64,000 nucleotides of DNA from contig NC_134468.1 in the NCBI RefSeq assembly GCF_964194025.1, positions 57,908,001 to 57,972,000 of the forward strand. Direction: 5' to 3'. The notes under the pieces are model-generated. The model made no database searches and was not told the DNA's origin. It saw nothing but the letters and a program-made list of their open reading frames with translations. Positions 1 to 13,800 of the stretch are shown here, one piece after another (positions within the stretch are counted from its first letter, which is position 1; each line of letters opens with the position of its first letter). Made by a program: the position numbers and the translations under genes. Origin of the DNA: Convolutriloba macropyga (lineage: Eukaryota).

Positions 1-2276
1 ATTTGAAGACGCGATAACTGTTTTACTAACTGACAAAACCAAAGCACAAAAATTGTTGATCAGCTGTATCTATATCCCTCCAAAAAAGAGTCCCTACAGA
101 TGGCCACCTGAGAAATACGCGCAGTTCCTTACAAGTCTCAAAACCAATGCAATCTCTCGGACTAACTGGGAGAATTTTAATCAAACAATCTTCGATAATC
201 CCTTCGAACCTTACTGTTACAGCAATGTAGACGAAGTCACCAATCAATGGTACCTATGTTTCAACAAACTGTTTACTTAAAACGTACCAAGAATTACTAG
301 CCACCGATCTTACCTCCCTCCATGGATCTCGAAACCTACCTCCCACCTGATCAACCAACTAACACACTCAAACGCAAAGAAGCCAGAAATCCCAACCCCT
401 AAACCTGCAAAAAATTCTTGATCTTGAAAGCAAATCCTGTAACGACCAAGCCGACTACGAAAACGAGATTTTCAGAACAAGGGAATTCAGTAAGATCCAA
501 GCCTATCTGAGATCCATTAAAAAAGCACCACCGTACCTACATGAAATGCATTTCCAAAACAAAGTAGCAGAAAATGATGAAGGAAAGGCAAACCTGTTTA
601 ACCAATACTTCCAAAGTGTTTTTAAACTAAAAACAAACAACACAAACGTTGACTGCGGGCCAAATACACTCAACAAAATAATTTGCTGCGAAAAACAAGT
701 CACGGAAAAACTCAGTTCTCTTAAATCAAAAAAGGCGAAAGGATCGGATCGAATAGGAAACGAGACCCTAAAACAACTTGCAACTACACTGGCTAAATCA
801 TTAACTGTCATCTTTCAAACCTGCTTCAACAAAGGTGTATACCCACAATACTGGAAAGAAAGCGAAATAACTCCAATCTACAAGGACGGCGATAAAAGCG
901 ACATAACGAAATATAGACCCATTAAATGCCTCTGTTGCCCGTCGAAAGTCCTATAAAAAGTCATCTTTGACTGGTTATACCCGGTAGTAAGGCAAAAACT
1001 TCACGACTCTCAATTTGGATTTGGAGACGGTCGCTCAGCCATTATACAACTTATCTGCTTCCTCGATAAAGTATACCTGCTCAACGATTCTTCGGCAATT
1101 GATGAACTAACGGTTTTCTACTTAGACTTCGAAAAAGCCTTCGACAAGGCACCTCACGATCTCCTGCTTTTGAAAATCTACAAAATGGGAATAGGTGGAA
1201 CAGCCCTAAAACTGATTGCCAATTATTTGGACAATAGAAAACAATGCGTGAAAATAAACAACTCAAGATCTGAATTCCGTGATGTCACTAGAGGGGTCCC
1301 ACAAGGGTCTCTACTAGGTCTTCTACTCTTTTTAATCTACATAAATGACCTACCCACTGTTGCAAGTGAAAGTGAATGCTTCGGATATGCCGATGACTAC
1401 AAACTGTTAAGCACATCTCATGAACTCCTAGAAAGTGACCTAATAAGTTTACATAACTGGTGTGTCGCAAACAAAATGAATCTCCATGATGACAAATGTA
1501 GTCTGATACACTTCAAACAACAATCAGTGGTCAAAATGAACAAAGTCGCTGTCAATTCTGTTAAAGTTCAAAAAGGCCGTGGTGTCCTAATCTCGAACAA
1601 CCTCTCCTGAAAAGAAAACTGTAATCTGCGTCGAACTAAATCTCTGAAATCATTGTGGTTCCTCAAGCGTAACATTTCTTTCAAGTCAGCGACTAAAGAC
1701 AGACTAAACGCATACACAGGATACGTGGTACCCGTCATATCGTACGCATGTGAGGTCTGGTACCCCACCAAAACAGACTTGTCAAACATCGAAAGAATAC
1801 AGAAAAGTGCAACACAGTGGATTCTAAACAACACAATTCCCTATAAAGAAAGACTCAAAGAACTCAACTTACTGCCACTCTCAATGTACTTCGAACTCCA
1901 CAGTCTCCTACTGTTCTGCGCCATCACTGACCACAAGTATGACATAAAAACATCAGACTACATATCACGTAATACCAACGAACGAACCAGACAAGGCTCC
2001 AACTCCAGCTTCAACATTCCCAAAACCAGACTCAAAAGGACCGACAATAACTTCTGGACACGAAACGGAACACTGCACAACATTTTGAGTAAACATATCG
2101 ACTTAACAACGAAAGAAAACAGAAAAGCACGAATAACACAGCCATTTTGGAAATTCTTTGAAAAGTTCAACGAAGACAATCAATGTACCTGGAGGATACT
2201 CTGCCAATGCACGAACTGTAACCAACATTCCAAACTTACTCAATAATGACATAAAGGGTGAAAACCCATGGTATAT
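1..2276 (+). mobile_element. Decayed non-LTR retrotransposon (CR1/L2/Jockey group), ORF2 reverse transcriptase and 3' end
   Basis: Frameshifted ORFs give PIYKDGDKSDITKYRPI, YLDFEKAFD, GVPQGSLLG, YADD and a C-terminal CTWRILCQCTNC; in-frame stops at about 954 and 1608; runs into the N block at 2277. Confidence 0.93.
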
Positions 2277-5000
2277 NNNNNNNNNNNNNNNNNNNNNNNN
2301 NNNNNNNNNNNNNNNNNNNNNNNNNNNNNNNNNNNNNNNNNNNNNNNNNNNNNNNNNNNNNNNNNNNNNNNNNNNNNNNNNNNNNNNNNNNNNNNNNNNN
2401 NNNNNNNNNNNNNNNNNNNNNNNNNNNNNNNNNNNNNNNNNNNNNNNNNNNNNNNNNNNNNNNNNNNNNNNNNNNNNNNNNNNNNNNNNNNNNNNNNNNN
2501 NNNNNNNNNNNNNNNNNNNNNNNNNNNNNNNNNNNNNNNNNNNNNNNNNNNNNNNNNNNNNNNNNNNNNNNNNNNNNNNNNNNNNNNNNNNNNNNNNNNN
2601 NNNNNNNNNNNNNNNNNNNNNNNNNNNNNNNNNNNNNNNNNNNNNNNNNNNNNNNNNNNNNNNNNNNNNNNNNNNNNNNNNNNNNNNNNNNNNNNNNNNN
2701 NNNNNNNNNNNNNNNNNNNNNNNNNNNNNNNNNNNNNNNNNNNNNNNNNNNNNNNNNNNNNNNNNNNNNNNNNNNNNNNNNNNNNNNNNNNNNNNNNNNN
2801 NNNNNNNNNNNNNNNNNNNNNNNNNNNNNNNNNNNNNNNNNNNNNNNNNNNNNNNNNNNNNNNNNNNNNNNNNNNNNNNNNNNNNNNNNNNNNNNNNNNN
2901 NNNNNNNNNNNNNNNNNNNNNNNNNNNNNNNNNNNNNNNNNNNNNNNNNNNNNNNNNNNNNNNNNNNNNNNNNNNNNNNNNNNNNNNNNNNNNNNNNNNN
3001 NNNNNNNNNNNNNNNNNNNNNNNNNNNNNNNNNNNNNNNNNNNNNNNNNNNNNNNNNNNNNNNNNNNNNNNNNNNNNNNNNNNNNNNNNNNNNNNNNNNN
3101 NNNNNNNNNNNNNNNNNNNNNNNNNNNNNNNNNNNNNNNNNNNNNNTTTTGATTTAGTTAAAATTCACACTTCAAATGATCAAATTGAAGTGAAACTTAA
3201 TTCCCGTCTTCAATTTAACAAAATTATTGTTCTAATTTATTGTTCTAATCACAGTTTTACTTTTCAAAATAGTAAAATGTTTAACTTTTCTACCTTTGGT
3301 ATTTGCCTCTTTTTGCGGCTCGTAAAAAAATTTAGATCAACTCTTTGCTGTTCAATTGAGAATAACAGTAAATTTTTCTCAAAGACGTTTGTTTCATTGA
3401 TAATCGAGTTTTACAAACAGATCCAACTTGGACAAAATTATAGAAAAAAAATTGTAGTAAAAATAGTAAAGGCTTCACATGTGACCTTAAGCTTCCTTTT
3501 TAACGTATCCTTTTTAATCAAGAGGCCAATTATGTCTATTCTTGAAAAATGCTGTCAGGAGAACAAAACTTTTATCTGGTTGTGTGTTAAACCAATTAAA
3601 CCAATTCAGTAGGCCGAGTGCAATAGAAACGCCAAGACGCCGAAACGCTTCACGTTTGGTTTGGTGGCTGACAAATAGCAGATCTGGAACCACTGTCAGT
3701 GACATCGCTTTAAAATGATCGGCTGGTGAAGCTCTGGTGATGTGAAGTAGAAAGACAAAACCCTAACGCCTATAACAAAAAAACTATAAATGAAAGAGAA
3801 AATAGAAACTGCTAGGAAAAAGAATATGGCCTGAGTTTTATGAATTCATCTGCTGCTTTTTTGAACCATTTGCAAAGGTAATATGTTTCAATAGAACTGT
3901 CGAACTTTTTCCAACAATTAATTTTATGATTTTTTAATGGTTAGTGGGACTGTTTTTTATTGCAGAGATTAGCGTTTATCAATCATTGCAAACTCGAATT
4001 ACCTTCAAACACATTTTGGGCTGTTTTTTGATACTGATTAAGATCAAATAACAGATGAGATTAATACGCTAAAAACAATTCCAATGATTTGTTTTTCCTT
4101 AACATTGATGACAGTCAAAGTTTAGACAAATATTGTTTGTTTGACATATTCATCAATCCATCTCAACAAAAAACTTGCATTTATGAAAAAGAGATCTTCA
4201 TAACCGATTATTTTTGAACAAGAATCAGAAAAGAAATGTTAAGAAAGGCAGACCAATGTCGATCTTGAGCAAGCGATTAGATTTGAATTGATGTGATTTG
4301 ACTGATGTTAAAAATAATTCCAGTAGTATTGAAATATTGCTTTGAGCATCCTCTAACCAAAGATAAGGAAGATGCATTTCTTCAGACGTAAGTCGAAATA
4401 ACCGAAGTTGAAATAACTTCTTTCAATAATACCCGATGACAGTCGATATATACTTTTTTAGCTAGTACTCCGAAACTTCCCATCTTGATTCTTCTTTTTG
4501 TTAACAAAAAATTTTTGCACGTTACGTTGCGATACACACCAAATGACTTGTCGCGCGTAAAATGCTTAACGTTTCTATTTTTGGGGAAAAAACGTAATGA
4601 GTCAGTCGATCACTGCTCAAAATAATTTTTGGTTCTCTTAAAATATTCTACTTTTATTTTTATTTTCAGCTAGCTGTTACCAAAAATGACAATAGATATA
4701 AAATGAAGCTTTAGTGAAATATCGCAAAAACAGCAGCGATCCTCAATACATGCGTTTTTTGTTTTTGTTTCTCTGTTTAACGCCTTGTCTTTCCTCAATA
4801 ACGATTACCACCGCTTGCAATAAATTAAAATATTCTAACGAAAATTTCTATTGAGCTAAATATTTTTAGTAATTTATCTCAAATTAATGTTTTACTATAC
4901 GAGGCAAAAATCGTTTACTAAATGTTTGCAGAAAAAGAATTCGAAATATTTACTTAATCAAAATATCAATTTTTATGGCAGACCAAATTTTTATTATTCT

Positions 5001-5491
5001 TGTTGTACTCGATTACTATTGTATTAGTCAATCGAGTCGCGAATGCTTATCAAACCACTAAGCTAGGGCAATTGCGTCGCGTTTGCCAATTAACTTAGGC
5101 TATTTGAATCCTCAACTTTGAATCGGATGTTCGTGGTGCGAATGGCTCAATATCAATCGAGCAGGTGTATTTGAAAAGTGATTTGCTAAAATTAAATTGA
5201 AACTGAATTATAGCAATGCAAATTGGAGAGTGACAATTGAAATTAATAAATTGTAATTGAAAAGGAAATAACTTTATTTCACGAGTTAATCACGAAACAG
5301 GAAGGACTTAACAAAATGTTTGCAGTGTGAACAGACAATTTTGGTCTAAAATATGAACAGACATTAAAGTGGTTCAAAAACATGATGAACTAAAATTAAC
5401 TAACTAAATTAAAGCACCTGCCCTTCAAATGGAAAACATGAACTAAATATAATGATGGGTATTCTGGGGACAAAATCCATCCCGTATGACA
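5001..5491 (-). repeat. 3' LTR of the gypsy element (~491 bp)
   Basis: On - strand the purine tract AACAGGGGGAAA directly precedes TGTCATAC at 5491; it ends GTACAACA at 5001 (TG...CA, imperfect terminal inverted repeat); internal AATAAA near 5275. Confidence 0.72.
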
Positions 5492-8400
5492 TTTCCCCCT
5501 GTTGGAGAAAAAAATTAGTAGATAAAATCAGAAAATTAATACCTATTCACCGGTTTCATACATAATAGAATACTAAATAATAAATAAAATATAGAGTTCA
5601 AATAGTTTTTGAGTTTTAATCTGAGTCATAATGTTCTTGAGCTTCTAAAACCGTCATCTCTCTCGGTAGGTTCGGGTTAGAGTCAGTAGTTCACCTCTCA
5701 TTGGGGTTCCTTGGTGACACTTCCCCAATAATAGTTGTGTCCGATACGGGAATATCAGCCGAATATCCCTCCGTATTTTGTATTTTCTCAACAATTCATG
5801 TTGTAGACTTTTTCTGTTTCTTTAAAGTCCTTTTGCTTCTCCGCACTGATGACGTATCCCAGTCCGTTGTATCGCTCACTGTCATTTGTATTTTTCCTTT
5901 ACGTTCCTTCCCAAATATCGGTGTTGGGTGTTGTGGTGAAGCCACTTGTGACGCGGATGGTCCAGCTGTACTGTGATTGTTCGGCGGCGATGCAAGTGGC
6001 ACAGGTGGGCTAAAGAGAAGGATTTGTGTTAAACCCGGTCGGTTTGTAGAGGCATGATCATGCTTTGGGTTTCGTTTTGGAATCCTCATTTTTAGTGCTT
6101 GTGCCACATTACTCGTCGTTGAAATACAAGATCTACCCTTTGAGATAAAACTGACATCGTCAGCTGGTCTTTTATTTCGCTTAATTTTCCTTTTTCCTAA
6201 GTCTTTTCGAATAAGATCTCTCCTATGGTTTGTAATTTTTTGTTCGAGCGTTTTCTCGGAAATTTTCTTTGATCTACGTTCAATATATTGGCCCAACTCC
6301 GTATCTCGCTCGTTTTTCGGTCCAAATTTTGCGATGTCAGAGTTTCTTAGGCGCACTTCTTGTCGATTTGGTTCTTTGATAACGCTAGTAGTTGGACTTA
6401 TCTTCCCAACTGGACTGCCAGGAGCGAGAACTTCATCCAAACTAAGTAAGTTCTTTTTCTGGCGTTGGCGCTCAAAAATTTTGCGCGCAATTTTCTCCTG
6501 AACACTATGTTCACTACACGGAATTGGTCCTGCTAGCCCTTCCGACGCGATTCGCCATCCTTAATTTTTTCTTGCTCTTTTTGTGCTCGATTGTCCGCTG
6601 CACAAATTACTTTTTCGATTTCAGTATCGGAACATAAGGCCGTGTCTGCCCACTGCTCTTCTGTCAGATAGGATCTGCCAGGAATTGTATCTTCATCTAA
6701 ATAATGTTGAATTATTTTATTATAATTTAAATTTTTATTATTCGATTTAGTGGTGATGTTTGAAATTGGTGTATTGCATTTTCTACCACAAATGTGCCTC
6801 GAATGGTGTAGTATCTATTGTTTTTTGTTTTGATATTCTTAATCGTTGTAAATTTGCATGTAGTGATTGTTCTAAGTTAAATTTTTTATTTGGTTGTGTT
6901 TTCGAACATGATAGTTGTCGTTTAATTGTTTGAAAAGGACGTTCTACTAGTCCTATTGCCCTATGGTCATTTGCGGGTGCGTATATAGGTGTAATATTAC
7001 TTTCTGTAGAAAATTTTTCAAACTTTTTTCTCGTAAAACATCTAGCTTGATCTAATGTTATAGTTTTGGGTACCCCGTGATTATATATGTAGTTATTTAG
7101 AAATTTAATTACGTTTGTGCCAGAAGCATTACTTACTATTTCGGCTATAGGGTATTTTGAATATCTATCTACGTTTATAATAAAATACTGCTCTTTGCCT
7201 TTTTCGTTAATTATTGGCCCACCAAAATCTATTTGGATTTCGTCATTTGGTTCAATTCATTTTGGTAAAGGTGTCCATTTGCAGTGCGGAAACACTGATT
7301 TTAAGTTCTTACCGATTTCCGTGCAGGCTTTGCACTCACTGGCGTTTGCCAGTATATCCCGATGGATATATGGCCACCAAACATTTTGTGCTTGCGACAG
7401 CATAGCAAAGCTCCAGGGTGCCTTGAGTGGATATCTTCTAATATTGCGTACTTGATTGCCTTCGGTATTGCAATTCATTCATCCAGACAAAAGCACCCAT
7501 GTTTTACACTAAGTTCTCGCCAATAGCAAAAAATGTATGGATTAATTTCTTTCGATCCGTCCGGGTCATCTCTGAGCACACAGTCGCGGACTTCTTTCAA
7601 AATTGCATCTTTCCCGGTGAGTATTGCTAGTAGTTTTTATTACTAAAGACTTTATTGAGCGTATCGGTGAAACGCAACTCCTCTGCTGCATCGAGTAGAC
7701 TACCAGAGGGGCTTGTTTCCGTGTTGAGGGTGTGGTGTCTGAGAAGGTGACTCGGGCCCTCGTGGGGTAGCATTATTTCTCTTTGTTCGTGGCATTTTAG
7801 TGATTGAGTTGAAAGAGTTTTTCTGATTGGAATTTATTCTGAGTGAGTTTTGGCCAAAAAGCGGGTTATGTTTCTGTGGGCAATATTTATACTCAGGATT
7901 TTTTACATTCAGGCTTCATTTGACATATTTGTGTTGATTACTTGATTTAATACCAATTATGGGCTCTAATATTCAAATTGTTCACATTCCTTAATGTCTG
8001 ACATTTGCAGTGCTTTTGCAGTTAATTTGTCAATGGAATGTGAATTGTTTGCTGTAAGATTATTTGGTACAAATTGTCAGTTTGCAATTTTGGAAGGCAT
8101 TTGCGATGCAAATGGTGGATTTAAATACGGATTAACAGTTGAATTTGAAAGTGTTAATTGCGGATCGAATGGTAATAAGTTTCTACAATGTAGTGATTGT
8201 TATGCAACTGGTTTAGTATTAAATTGCGGATTATCATTTAATGATGTAGGCATTTGCGTTGTGATTAACTGATTTGAATGATAAGAGGGTGAATGTAAAT
8301 TTAATATGCTATTAAGTTTTTGTGTAGTGTTTTGTTAATTTCGAATTAGATGTTTCATTGAATCACGAATTTTAGATATTGTTGTTACTACTAAATGTTC

Positions 8401-10854
8401 ATCATATGTGGAAACTTTTTTAGCTTTTGCGAATGGGTTTCTGGATATGTAATCCACCAGAACCATTTTTGCTCCCGGCATGTGTTCAATTGTAAAATTG
8501 TACGGAAGTAATCGGCCAATACATCTAGTGAGTTGACTATTGTAAGATTTATTTGATCTGTGTTCTTTTAATATGGATAGTAGTGCACAATGATCTGTTA
8601 TGACAGTGAAGTTTTTCCATACAGATAAAAATTAAATTACTCAATGGACCAAACTATCCCCAATAATACTAGTTCACTAACACTGTAACTTTCTTCTATT
8701 GGATTTGGAAATCGCGACGCGAATGCTATTGGTTTCCAAATTTCAGGTGTGTTCTGTTCAAGCGCGGCTCCCAACCCAGAACGTGAAGCATCACATTAAA
8801 CTCTGACGTCTTATTTCGGATTATAGTGACTATTTTCCGTACTGGCAGCAATTTTCTCCTTTATTAAGTTGAAATGTTTATTATGTTTTTCTGTCCAAAT
8901 AAATTTTGTGGATTTTGCGAGAAGTGGTCTAAGTGGAAGACATTTCGTTTTAGTGTTGATGGTGATGGTATTGCTAGAATTGCTGCAGTGTTTCAAGTGG
9001 TGATATGCCAGTTTGCGTAAATTTGTACCCCAACCATTCAATTTCTGCAAAATGACATTTTTGGAGATTAATTCTCAAGTTGTCATCATCTAATTTTTTA
9101 AGACACTTTTTGACATATGTTAAATGATCGGTTTCAGAACTTGTGCTAACATTTATCATGTCATCTAAGAAACAATAGGTGATTTTTAGGCCTATCAGTG
9201 TATAGTCCATTGCTTTTTGAGGTTCTGCCGGCATGTCAGTGAGACCGAAGAATCCTGTTTTAAATCTATAAGTGCCAGTAGATTCTCCACAAATAACATG
9301 TATCTTTGTGCAATTGTAATTGACTATAGGCATATTTGAGATCTAATGTGGAAAACTATGCTTGTTGAACATTTTGGGTGCTTGTGAGGTGTTGTGAGAT
9401 TCTGTCTATTAACATGTCAATGTCAGGCATTTGGTATTTATTTTTGTGTATGGCTTTACTTAATACTTTAGAGTCTAATGCTAATTTGATAGATTGATCT
9501 TTCTTAACTGTAATCACGATTGGAGATATAAAATGTTTGCCTGAGCAATTAGATAAATTTTCAATATGGCCTTCATTCTGTAGACGTTTTAATTCCGCCG
9601 TAACCCTAGGTTGTAGATTAATGGAAACGCGTCGGCCTTTTTGGTACATTCTGTGAACTCTTGATGAAATTTTGATTTCGCTACAAGTGTCTTTGAGAGG
9701 CCAATTCTTGAAACAAAATGATGAAATTGTGCCGCAATTGTCTCTTTAATCTTACATGTAGAATTATTAACATTATTAACACATTTACCATTTTCTGGTT
9801 CTTACTGTAGGACAATTGCAAGACCAAGACTATTGAAAAAATCTCTCCCGATGATAATTTTGTGACCGTCCTCCACAATTGTTAGGCGGGCATCTTTGCA
9901 GGTCCAGTTATTTTATGTCACCGTTGTCTCGATATGTCCAAGGACTTTGATTGGCTTGTTTGAGAAAGTTTTTAATTCTCTCCTCTCTTTTGTAGAGAAC
10001 CATTTCGCAGATGGTGTAGTTCGAAGTATTCGGTTTGCTAGCGTCTTCCAGATGAGACTAACTACACTTCCAGAGTCAATCATTGCATTTGCTTGTACGT
10101 CTCCAAATTGAATTTTTAATTTAAGGGTTCAAGTTGATTTGCCGAATCGCAAGAGATGGCCGCCACATAGCTATCAGAGTCGCTATCATAATTGGAGTCA
10201 TAGACTTGTTTGTATAGCTGTTGATAGCTAGTTATATAAATAACGGATTCTTCATCAACACTTTTTTCTGCAATTTTATCAATTTGAATGACTTTTGTTT
10301 AAGGAGGTTTAGGCGTCTGTCCTTGTGATCTTTTCGGTTTTCGGCATTTCGTCGCGAAGTGTCTAATTATACCACAATTATTGCACTTTTTGCCATTCGC
10401 GGGGCAAATTTGTCGATGGTTGTGGCTCCATCGTTGGCCACAATTTGTACAAACACTCGTGTACTGATATTTTTGGTGTACAGATGGGTAACGCGTGAAG
10501 TCCTTGCGAGCTGGTTGGTAATTCGCTTCGATGCGATTGCGAGATTGAAAAGTGTTAACAGTATTGACTGAGTTTGTATTTAGAACCAAATTTGGATTTA
10601 TCTTTTGTTAATTTTGTGCCCCATCTCCATTTGAATTGCTACCTCGAGTGCTTTAGTAGGTTCAACAGTCTTCTTTAGCAATTCTTTTTGAGTCTCATTA
10701 TCCATCATGTCAAGTATAAATGTATCCCAAATAAGGGTAGTTTCTTTATTTCCTAAACTACAGTTTTCTGCTTGTTCGATTAGACGACCGTAAAAACTTT
10801 CAACAGATTCACCCTTTTGTTGTTTAGACGAAAAGAAGACAAAGCGGTCATACG
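5001..10854 (-). mobile_element. Decayed Ty3/gypsy LTR retrotransposon (gag-PR-RT-RH-INT), 5' part lost at the N block
   Basis: Minus strand in gypsy order: two gag zinc knuckles CTNCGQRWSHNHRQICPANGKKCNNCGIIRHFATKC (10299-10589), protease AMIDSGS (~10070-10090), RT YCFLDD (8974-9649), RNase H DASRSGLGAALEQ (~8755-8795), integrase WWPYIHRDILANASECKAC and QIDFGGP (7200-7480); many stops and frameshifts. Confidence 0.93.
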
Positions 10855-13800
10855 NNNNNNNNNNNNNNNNNNNNNNNNNNNNNNNNNNNNNNNNNNNNNN
10901 NNNNNNNNNNNNNNNNNNNNNNNNNNNNNNNNNNNNNNNNNNNNNNNNNNNNNNNNNNNNNNNNNNNNNNNNNNNNNNNNNNNNNNNNNNNNNNNNNNNN
11001 NNNNNNNNNNNNNNNNNNNNNNNNNNNNNNNNNNNNNNNNNNNNNNNNNNNNNNCTCTCTCTGTCTCTCTCTCTCTCTCTTTCTCTATTTCATATATGTT
11101 TGTATTTCACTGTGGGTAAAATGGAAGCACATTTTTGTTTGGATTGAAGTGTTTCATGTCTTGGACATCAGATGGTATGGCAATCGCATTCAAGTTTCAG
11201 TTTCATCTTTTCTTACTAACATCAGTGTTAATAATGAAAACGGGATTAAGTGGAATAGTCACGCTAGCATCGTATATCCAAATCCACAACAAAAATGCGT
11301 TCTGCAGATTACTGTTTCATAGCCTGGCAAACTGAGAGTTGAAATAACTCTATTAGAACATACTCGACGACCGTCGTAACTTACTTTTTTCTTGTCTGGT
11401 AAACTAAAAAATAATCTAATTTCAGTCTCCTTTCTAGCAATTTTTTAAACGTTACGTGACGACACACAAAAAAATTGTAAACTGATCATGGGTTGCAGTT
11501 TTTGAGAACGAACACAAGTAATTTATCAATGCTCAAAAATATGCAAGGCATATAAAAGTTCGAGAAAAATTGAAACTTTGATAGTAGAACCTGACAAACA
11601 GGCTCGTAATGTGCGTTCGCACATAAAAATCTAACCCCGCTAATCTACATTTTTCATTCAATTGTCTACCAAATGAGGAAGAGATTTTAAAAATCAACAC
11701 ATTGTTCAACAAACTACTAAATGGATAAAAACAATCTACCTTAGAGGACCGATGAGACCTCTCATTAATATGAATACCAGAAAAAACGACAATAAAACCA
11801 AATAATTACAAATATTAATTACGAACGAACCAGGATGTCCATTTTTTAAAACCGTTAAAAACCAAATCAAAATGCCATCAGATAAAACTTATACTAAAGA
11901 ACATTAACCTGTATTTCATTAGAAAAAAGTACGGAACTTTTGCTCAATTCGCCTTGGGGTCGACAAGGAATGAGCAAAAAAGCAAAGTTTAATAAAGCGT
12001 TGCTTTCTTAAAAGAATTAACGTCAAACCGAGTAGAAACATTATGTATCAACTGAAACAAATGAAAGATTCGTTAATTTCTCCATAGAGAGTAAGTAAAA
12101 CCTTTGTTTATCATGTGTATCTCATACGGCTACAAATAGAACACCAAAAAACAAGAAAAAGAAAAAATTCAAAATCTGCACAAAAACGGTATCCCAGCCA
12201 ATTAAACAAGAAGCTGTTCCCTAAAGACATTAAAAATTTCTTTATTGCGTTTTTTAAAAATTCATAAGACCGCCCATTATTAAGATACTGTGAAAAGAAA
12301 ACTTAAGCCTTAAGAAAAATGGGAGAATATGCAAAAATCATTCATATTTTATGACAACTCGTTGTACCAAGAGCAAAGGGCATTTGAGGAAAACGAAACC
12401 GTTTTAAAGTTCAATAGATAAAAGATGTGACTTGCCTATGGAGATACTAAGCTATAAGTCAACAGAAATAAGATTGACAAAGCTCAGAAATCCATTGTCT
12501 TTTTTTCAAAACAATTATTTTCAAACTTTTTGGCCAACATAAGCGTTCGACTAAAAGAGTAGACAATTTATTTTGCAACTTTTTTGAAAATTAATTGCGC
12601 CTGATATAGGTGAGACTAAATCATTAAACTATAGAGCAACATTAAATAAAAGCAGAACAAAACCTTCACAAACACTTTTACAAAACCACCTTGTTGAAGC
12701 CATTAAACTTATAAGATATTAACCGCTGGAAAAAAAACTCCACTTGCGGCTCCCTCTAACAACACCATACTTCTTTTGTAAAACGTTTATCTCAAAATGA
12801 CAACATAAAGAACAAAAAAACGAAAAGCATCTAAAACTCACAAAATTCTTCTGAAACAAATTGTCTAATCCCTAAAGACATCAGTCAATACTTTCAACCA
12901 CCAGAAAAATTATTGTTTTGCTCATCAAAAAATTAACGAGATCTCTCAATAATAGCGCTAAATAACAAAATGGACAAAAAGTTGGAAAATACGAATAAAA
13001 GACAAAAATCAGAAAAAAACTGGAAAGGTTGAGGAATAATTTAAGTTTTTGAGAGAAAATTAATTTGAAAGTAAAAAAAACCATTAGCTATATAATGATA
13101 TCAGTTATAGTTTTTTTATATCTATAGTTGGCCATTGTGACTTTTATCACCCAATATTGGGCATACAACAACAACAATTAAGAACAAACACAGTGCAAAA
13201 ATAAAAAAAAAACAATACCAAAATCTGCAAGAGATCGGTGTCGCAGCCCTTAGAAACATAAGCTATGAAAACAATAAATATATTCAACAATAATTTTGCA
13301 ACGTTTCTTTCAGATAGATTGTCAAGTTAAAAGACAAATAACAAAAAAAACAAAACGTAGAACAAAAAGGGGCAATTATGTACAGAAATCACAAATTTTT
13401 CGATGAAAAATCTTACTTCCAAATCCAAGAAGCAGATCTTTTTTTAAAAATGCCAGAAAAATTAGTACGTTTTTTATATGAACAAAAATTTGACCTGTAT
13501 TTGCTTATAATTAGCTAAAAGCTGACAGAAATAAAAAGGGGAAGTCCCCAATTACATTTTCTTTTGATTGGTTTGAAAACCGACTGCAAAAAGAATAAAA
13601 ATTAAAGTCAAAACACAACAATTCAGTTAATGTTCACGAAAACTCTTCTTCAAAGTAATAGAAACCATTAGGTTCTCTGAAAACACACTATATCTGCAAA
13701 TTCTCCTCATTTTTCCATCAATGAAAGTTGTGATCATTAGAGCCGTGAATTGAAAATTTTATCAGTAATCAACATAAAAAAAACAATATAAGCAAAAATT

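Noticed and set aside
2158-3612. Long ORFs spanning N blocks (also at 10817, 16511, 19034, 19977, 21175, 22449)
   Set aside because: Artefacts of translating Ns; the blocks abut microsatellites and are probably masked or unresolved simple repeats.
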